NCBI RefSeq assembly: GCF_009914755.1
Contig: NC_060936.1
Strand: one strand, 5' to 3'
DNA: 64,000 nucleotides
Source of the DNA: the human T2T-CHM13v2.0 reference genome, Homo sapiens
Of this stretch, positions 58,301-64,000 are shown in pieces. The position numbers were made by a program, and so were the translations under genes. A model generated the notes under the pieces. That model did no database searches. It was not told the DNA's origin and saw only the letters and a program-made list of their open reading frames with translations. The stretch's first letter is position 1; the number at the start of each line of letters is the position of its first letter.

Positions 58301-58599
58301 GAGGAAGTCAAATTACTAGTTTAGACTATTGTTTTTTAAATCGGGTTCACTGAATTTGCGTTAGGAGTTCCACAGCATTTTACCAAAAGGTAAGAGAATG
58401 GCTGTGTAAGAAAGTTTGCTTTGATTTTGTAAATGACCATAAAAAACACATTTAAAATATTCTATTTGAATACCAAGTTCATAGTTTTTCTCATTTTTTT
58501 CACTTTTATTGTTATGTTCTAACCAAGTCAGACACAAAGTGTATTTAGTTCCTTACATATATCTAGTATAACTTTGATAATGAGCTGGATATCTTTTAG

Positions 58600-59580
58600 A
58601 AATTAAAACAAATAATCAAACAAATAAATGTATAAATTACTAAGCATCATCATTTTGTAACCAAAATTGTAATAACTGATTCAGACAAAGATTATCAGTG
58701 CATACTAAAACCATTGAGTAAAAAGTTGTCTGGGAACTTAATGCTCAACTGATCACAAGTATCACTATAGATTACATATGAATTTAAAACGGGAAGAGGT
58801 ATGTACCTCTACAGTGGAGAAATCTAGTGAACATCATCTTTGCCAAGTGTTTAAGATTAGCATAATCAGTAATGGCATAAGCTTAAATTATATTTCCCCT
58901 GATATGATACCATGGGAAGGATACAACATTATCTAAAATATAGTATTGTTGACATAAATATTTAATCTGAATCTAATCATGAAAATACAAACAAATCTAC
59001 AAGGTAGTCTATAATGCAACTGGCCTAGAGTCTACAGTGTGAATGTCATAAAATATAAAGTAAGAGCTGTTTTAGATTAAAGGAACTAAAGAAACAAGAC
59101 AATTAGATATAATATTTAATTTTTTGATCATCATTTAGAGGGAAAAAAGCAGCTATAATCTAAATTGTTGAGATACTTGGGAAGATTTCTTATATAAGAT
59201 GATTATTATTGCATTAATATTATATTTCTTCAGTGTGATAATGTTATTGTGATTATGTAGGAGAATATTGTGTCATTATGAGACAATATAGAAAGTATTA
59301 TGATGCTTAAGTAATAAGGAGTATAGTATCATCGTATCTGCAATTTACTCTCAATATTTTTCTGGAAAAGAAGACAAATCTGTATCTATATTTATGCCTA
59401 CCTCTATTTCTATGACTATATCTATGTGAATACTCAATATCTATAGTTATATCTCATATGCAACTATATTTATCAATGAAGCAAATGATTAACAACTGAT
59501 GAATCTAAATTAAAGCCATGTAGGAGTTCTTTCAAATTTCTTATAGGTCTGATAATTTTCAAACAAAAGAAATTAGGGTA
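58600..59580 (+). mobile_element. Ancient L1ME/L1MC-type 3' region
   Basis: ctgatatgatacc...atttaatctgaatctaatcatg...gtgtgataatgttattgtgattatgtaggagaata...tctgcaatttactctcaa. Confidence 0.55.
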
Positions 59581-62500
59581 AAAATGGTCTCATTTACTAC
59601 ATAACGTATTTTTTTCTTAATTTTCCCCATATTTTTGACATATAACAAGCTATAGAAAATATGCTGATAATTAAGACCAACATTCAAAATACTACTTACC
59701 CAAACTCACAAAGTTAAAATCTGATAGGGCTGAGATACACATCCAGGCTGGACTGGAAGTTCTTGTCCTTGTCACATTGTTACCTATTGCTTTCACGGTA
59801 CACCTAATTACAATCTTCAGACTGGTTCGTGATTACTAACTCAATTTTTTTAATCTCCCAATCACAACTTTCTTCTGACTTTATGTTCTGACTTTAACTG
59901 ATTTTTGAATTTGACTACCAATTCTTAGAACACTTTTCGTCTATAAAATAAAAGGTTTAGACTAGATGGAAGTTCAGGCTCCCACTAATTCTAAGATTTT
60001 AGGCTTTTGTGTATTTCACATATTTTTCATCTCAAGTAAATATGATCTGATGTTATGTGTAAGAAAGTTTGCTTTGATTTTGTAAATGACCAATAATCTA
60101 CAAAATGGAAATAATCTACAAAATGGAAAGACCATAAAATCCTTTTATCTAACAATAATGTACACATTCAAGTTAAGTTTTAATAGTAAATATGATGCAA
60201 TATTCCGATTATTTGAATATTATAATTTATATATATTCTATTATTTAATATATCTAAATCTCTACTCATTCCAGACATTTTAGCTTTTGCTGTATTTTCC
60301 AAATTGGGATTTCAGAAATGAGCAATTTCTACCATTAGAATTATAAATAGGTTTAAAACAAATTTATTTAAATAATTTAATACTTTAAAAATTATTTCCA
60401 AGCAATTTATCTATGAATGTATTCCTCTCTTTCTTCATGCTTCCTAGCTTCTACCTACGTCCATGAAAGTCTCATTCACTAGTGAAGGGAATTCTGGAAG
60501 CTTTTACTTTGTTTCTCTTGCTAGGATAGCCATTTCCTTTGCATTAATTAAATTCAGTTAACTTGTTTTACATTCCACTTGGCTTTAACAGTGAAAGCAT
60601 TGAGGAATGATATAAGGAAAGGAAGGGTAGATATAAACAAGAAAAACACTCGACAAATGTAATAAAGAATGGACACAATGTTTTGCTGTAATAAATTAAG
60701 AGCACTTTAATTTGGGTAGGGAAATTTTGTGGACTCTGTAAGGCACTATGATTTATGGGACTAGGCTGAATGCAAAAATTTATCAGTATCCAAATATCTG
60801 GTCAGATTAAAATTGAGAGAGCAGAGATTCAGAAAATAAGAAAGTTGTTGGTTTCTATCCTCACCCTTCTACCTATCACCAAGAGTTCTATCTCTTAAAC
60901 CTGCTTGAAAATCACTGACTGTCAAAGAAACCCCTTACCCTCATGTTGGAGCAAAAATAAATAGAGACATATTGGTTATTATGCTTCCTCTTCCAACAGA
61001 GGGCTGTTATTTTCCAGCATTTCATGAGAATTCATAATTATGTGTATTTTTATAATACATTTAGAGAGAAATGCATTTCAGCCTTTTCTTGACAGCAACT
61101 GTACAACTCTCAGATGTCACCTTCTATCTCAATTCGAATATGGAACATGTGAAATTAAACAGTATTGCTGCTAATAGTGCAGTGCTACTTACTGGTAGCC
61201 TACTTACTGTTTCTTTTCCTAAGGAAGTCAAATTATTTTTTTAAAGATTAGCAAATGAATAGCAATATAATATAAGAAACTGGCAGAAACCTCAACATGG
61301 GGGAAGCTTTTAGAAAAAAAAATTGAATTAGTAGATTTTTAACAATCCTAGTGCCACAGTTACTGCCTTGAATACTGTGATAATGCAAGTATATTGAGCA
61401 ATTTCAGGCAAAGGGGTTTGATTACAATTCATTTATGGAAAGAAGAGAAGACAGTTACCTCTTGTTTTTCATTTCACAAATGATTTTCATGCTATTTTAA
61501 AATGTATAATAGCTTTATAAAATGATTCTCTTTTATTTTTCTGACCCCTTTGTGGCATTCCAGTCTAATAGATTAAGGTGAAACTCAGATAAGTGTCTTC
61601 AACGGCCTGCAAAGTAAATGTCACCAAAGATCTAAAATCAAAATGCTATCACTGTAAGTTATAATTTGTGTTTACTTAGTTTCTAAGAATTGATTTTAAA
61701 AGGGAGGTTAAGGCATTAATTGCATGTTTCATACTAAACAAGTCAAAGAAAACATAATCTCATAATCTGAAATACTCATGAATGGTACAAGATAAACCTA
61801 AAAACAGTATTTTAATTATAGTGCATTTGTCTTCTGTTTCCTCCAAAGATATTGTCTCTGTGCAATCTTCTGATACAACTTTTCTTTCTCAGAGAGGCAA
61901 TAGCTTTAAATTATAAGCATTTATATTATTTATCTCCTCTGCTGTCTGTGGAGGGTGGGTCTGATGGAAGAATCTCTTCCTTTGCTATATTGAGTGGTGG
62001 ATAGAAATAATAGAACCCTGGGGAATGGCTTGATAGGTCTACATCAACATGTGAATCATACAGGGGGAAAATTCCAGTGAGAGGAGAGGTAAAATGTAGA
62101 TTCAGTGTGACCTAAGAATGTGTGCTGAGATAGGGTAGATTTGAGAGTACATGAAGAGTATAAAACTTTTGGAAAGGAAGTAATAACTTAAAGAGTAGTT
62201 TTTGACATGTACTATGTGATTTAATTTCATTTTGTGTCTTCTGCAAGAAATAATCAGTAAAAGATTGCATTATTTTTAAGATGTCTTGGAAATGGATGTC
62301 TAGAACTTTTAGATGAGATGGTGGGCTGAGATGGGTCTTAATGCAGGAGAATGTCAGCATTTTGTTGTGCTTACACAGCTTTCCATAACTCATTTATAAA
62401 CCTGACTCCTTTCTGGTCTGCCTCTTACAACTTTGTATGCCTTCCACCTTCCCAATTTATCTCTTTGACTCTCAGGTGCCTTCCCCTCTTACCTCAAGTA

Positions 62501-62731
62501 TCCAGGGAAAAGATTAAATGAAAATCACACCACCAACTTTCAGCCATTCTTACCTCCTAAATATTTCTGTTTCTGAAATATGTGGTTTCAACACATGCAA
62601 CCTGTTTTCTTTTACTCTTGTGTTTATATTAACTCTATAAGTCCTAAAGACCAATTTTAATTATTAGTATTTTGTAGCATTTGATACCATCTACTTTCTC
62701 ATGTTCTTGAAATTCATCCAGCATTTGGCAC

Positions 62732-63519
62732 TGATACGGGAGGCGGGCAGGGAAGTGCTGGGTAGAGAAGGGTGGGGTACCTGGTGAGGGCTCCACCCTC
62801 AGGCCTGTGTCCATGGATTTAAATGAGGACAGGAATTTCTGTTTTCGTGCCCCAAAAGTTGTCTTTTGGCCCACCACCCCCCACCCCCCAACCTTGTGCT
62901 CATAAAAACCTGGGGCACAGACCCAAGTGGCTGGATATCAGTAGAAGCAGAAGAAGACACTGACAGACACCAGCAGACAGTGGCAGGCCAGAGATGGTGG
63001 AGTGACGTGGATGCCAAGGAAACTTTGGCCAGGGGCAGTTGGAGGGGAGTCTGGCTGCTGGGCAGCCCAACTCCAGGGAAGACCACCTTCCCTTTCCATC
63101 CCCTTTCTGGCTCCCCATCCATCTTGCTAAGAGCTACCTCCACCATTCCATAAAACTTTGCGCTCATCCTCCAAACCCACGTCTGATCCGATGCTTCTGG
63201 TACACTAGGGCAAGAACCCAGGATACAGAAAGCCCTCTGTCCTTGTGATAAGGCAGAGGGTCTATCTGAGCTGATTAACACAAGCCACCTGCAGATGGCA
63301 AAACTGAAAGAGCACACTGTAACACACACCCACTAGGGCTTCAGGAGCTATAAACACTCAACCCTAGATGCTGCCATGGGGTGGGAGTCCAGAAATGCTC
63401 CCCAGGACCTGCCCGTCTGCATGCTTCCTTTATGGGTTTGAGCAGTGGGGCACTGAAGAAGCAAACCACACCCATGTTGCATGCCCTGAGAAGGGGATAA
63501 TGGGAACTCTCCCATTTCA
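62732..63519 (+). mobile_element. LTR1-family (ERV1) solo LTR
   Basis: TG...CA ends (tgatacgggagg...ctcccatttca). 4-bp TSD gcac/gcat. GC-rich body matches recalled LTR1-type consensus. Confidence 0.8.
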
Positions 63520-63589
63520 GCATTTTGTGGTAAGATAATGGAGAATTTCTTCTTTTGTTTTTGCTTATCTAACAGATGTCAGGTTTCAT

Positions 63590-63760
63590 ATCAAGCCTTT
63601 ACATGCACAACAATCCTGCAGATACCTCATTTCAGTGATGTTATAGAGAGAAAATGTTGGCATACAAGTGAGGTAAATTTGTCCAAGATTGCATGGTGCC
63701 TTTTGAAGTTTAATGTAGGCATTCTGTCTCTAGAGTATGCTCACTTAGGTACTCCACTGA
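63590..63760 (-). mobile_element. MIR relic
   Basis: acaacaatcctgcag...gaggtaaatttgtccaagattgca...tctgtctctagagt. Confidence 0.45.
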
Positions 63761-64000
63761 ATATTTTATAACCAATGAGATTGATTATATTGCCACTAGT
63801 TTTCTTTGTACGACAAAGATCATATTCCTTTCATAAGTAAAATTAGGACATGATACACAACTTATCTGAAATGTACTTTACTATCCTTACCTCCAGCCTA
63901 CCTTAACCACTCTGCAGCCAAAACTAAACTTAGACATTGTTTTCGTTATTTTGTACTACCTGTTCCTCAAAGATGTCCACAAAGACCTCAGGGTCTTTGT

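Noticed and set aside
62799-63329. 176-aa and overlapping ORFs
   Set aside because: They lie entirely within a GC-rich solo LTR and show no recognisable protein motif.

Overview
AT-rich, repeat-dense, non-coding primate genomic DNA. AluY plus L1PA4/5-type elements indicate a catarrhine, most likely human. It looks intronic or intergenic, and I could not identify the locus. No intact protein-coding gene, rRNA, tRNA or CRISPR array is visible. The recognisable entries in the ORF track are L1 ORF2 remnants or Alu/LTR read-through. The window holds about 11 L1 pieces (three with inverted 5' segments, one retaining both ends around a large internal deletion), about 12 Alus, several L2 and MIR relics, hAT and Tigger DNA transposons, and solo LTRs. 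The most interesting non-repeat signals are: (1) a 251-bp polyadenylated retro-insertion with a perfect 14-bp target-site duplication (TSD) inside a MIR; (2) a largely repeat-free block at about 29.2-33.1 kb with a well-bounded 207-nt open minus-strand exon candidate, a CTCF-like motif and an mRNA-like plus-strand 3' end; (3) several local template-switch scars, including a 106-bp copy 4.44 kb away with inverted flanks, a scrambled Alu and a fold-back insertion in an Alu. I see no evidence for a genuinely new biological system. Repeat subfamily names come from recalled consensus sequences, and boundaries of old repeats are approximate.
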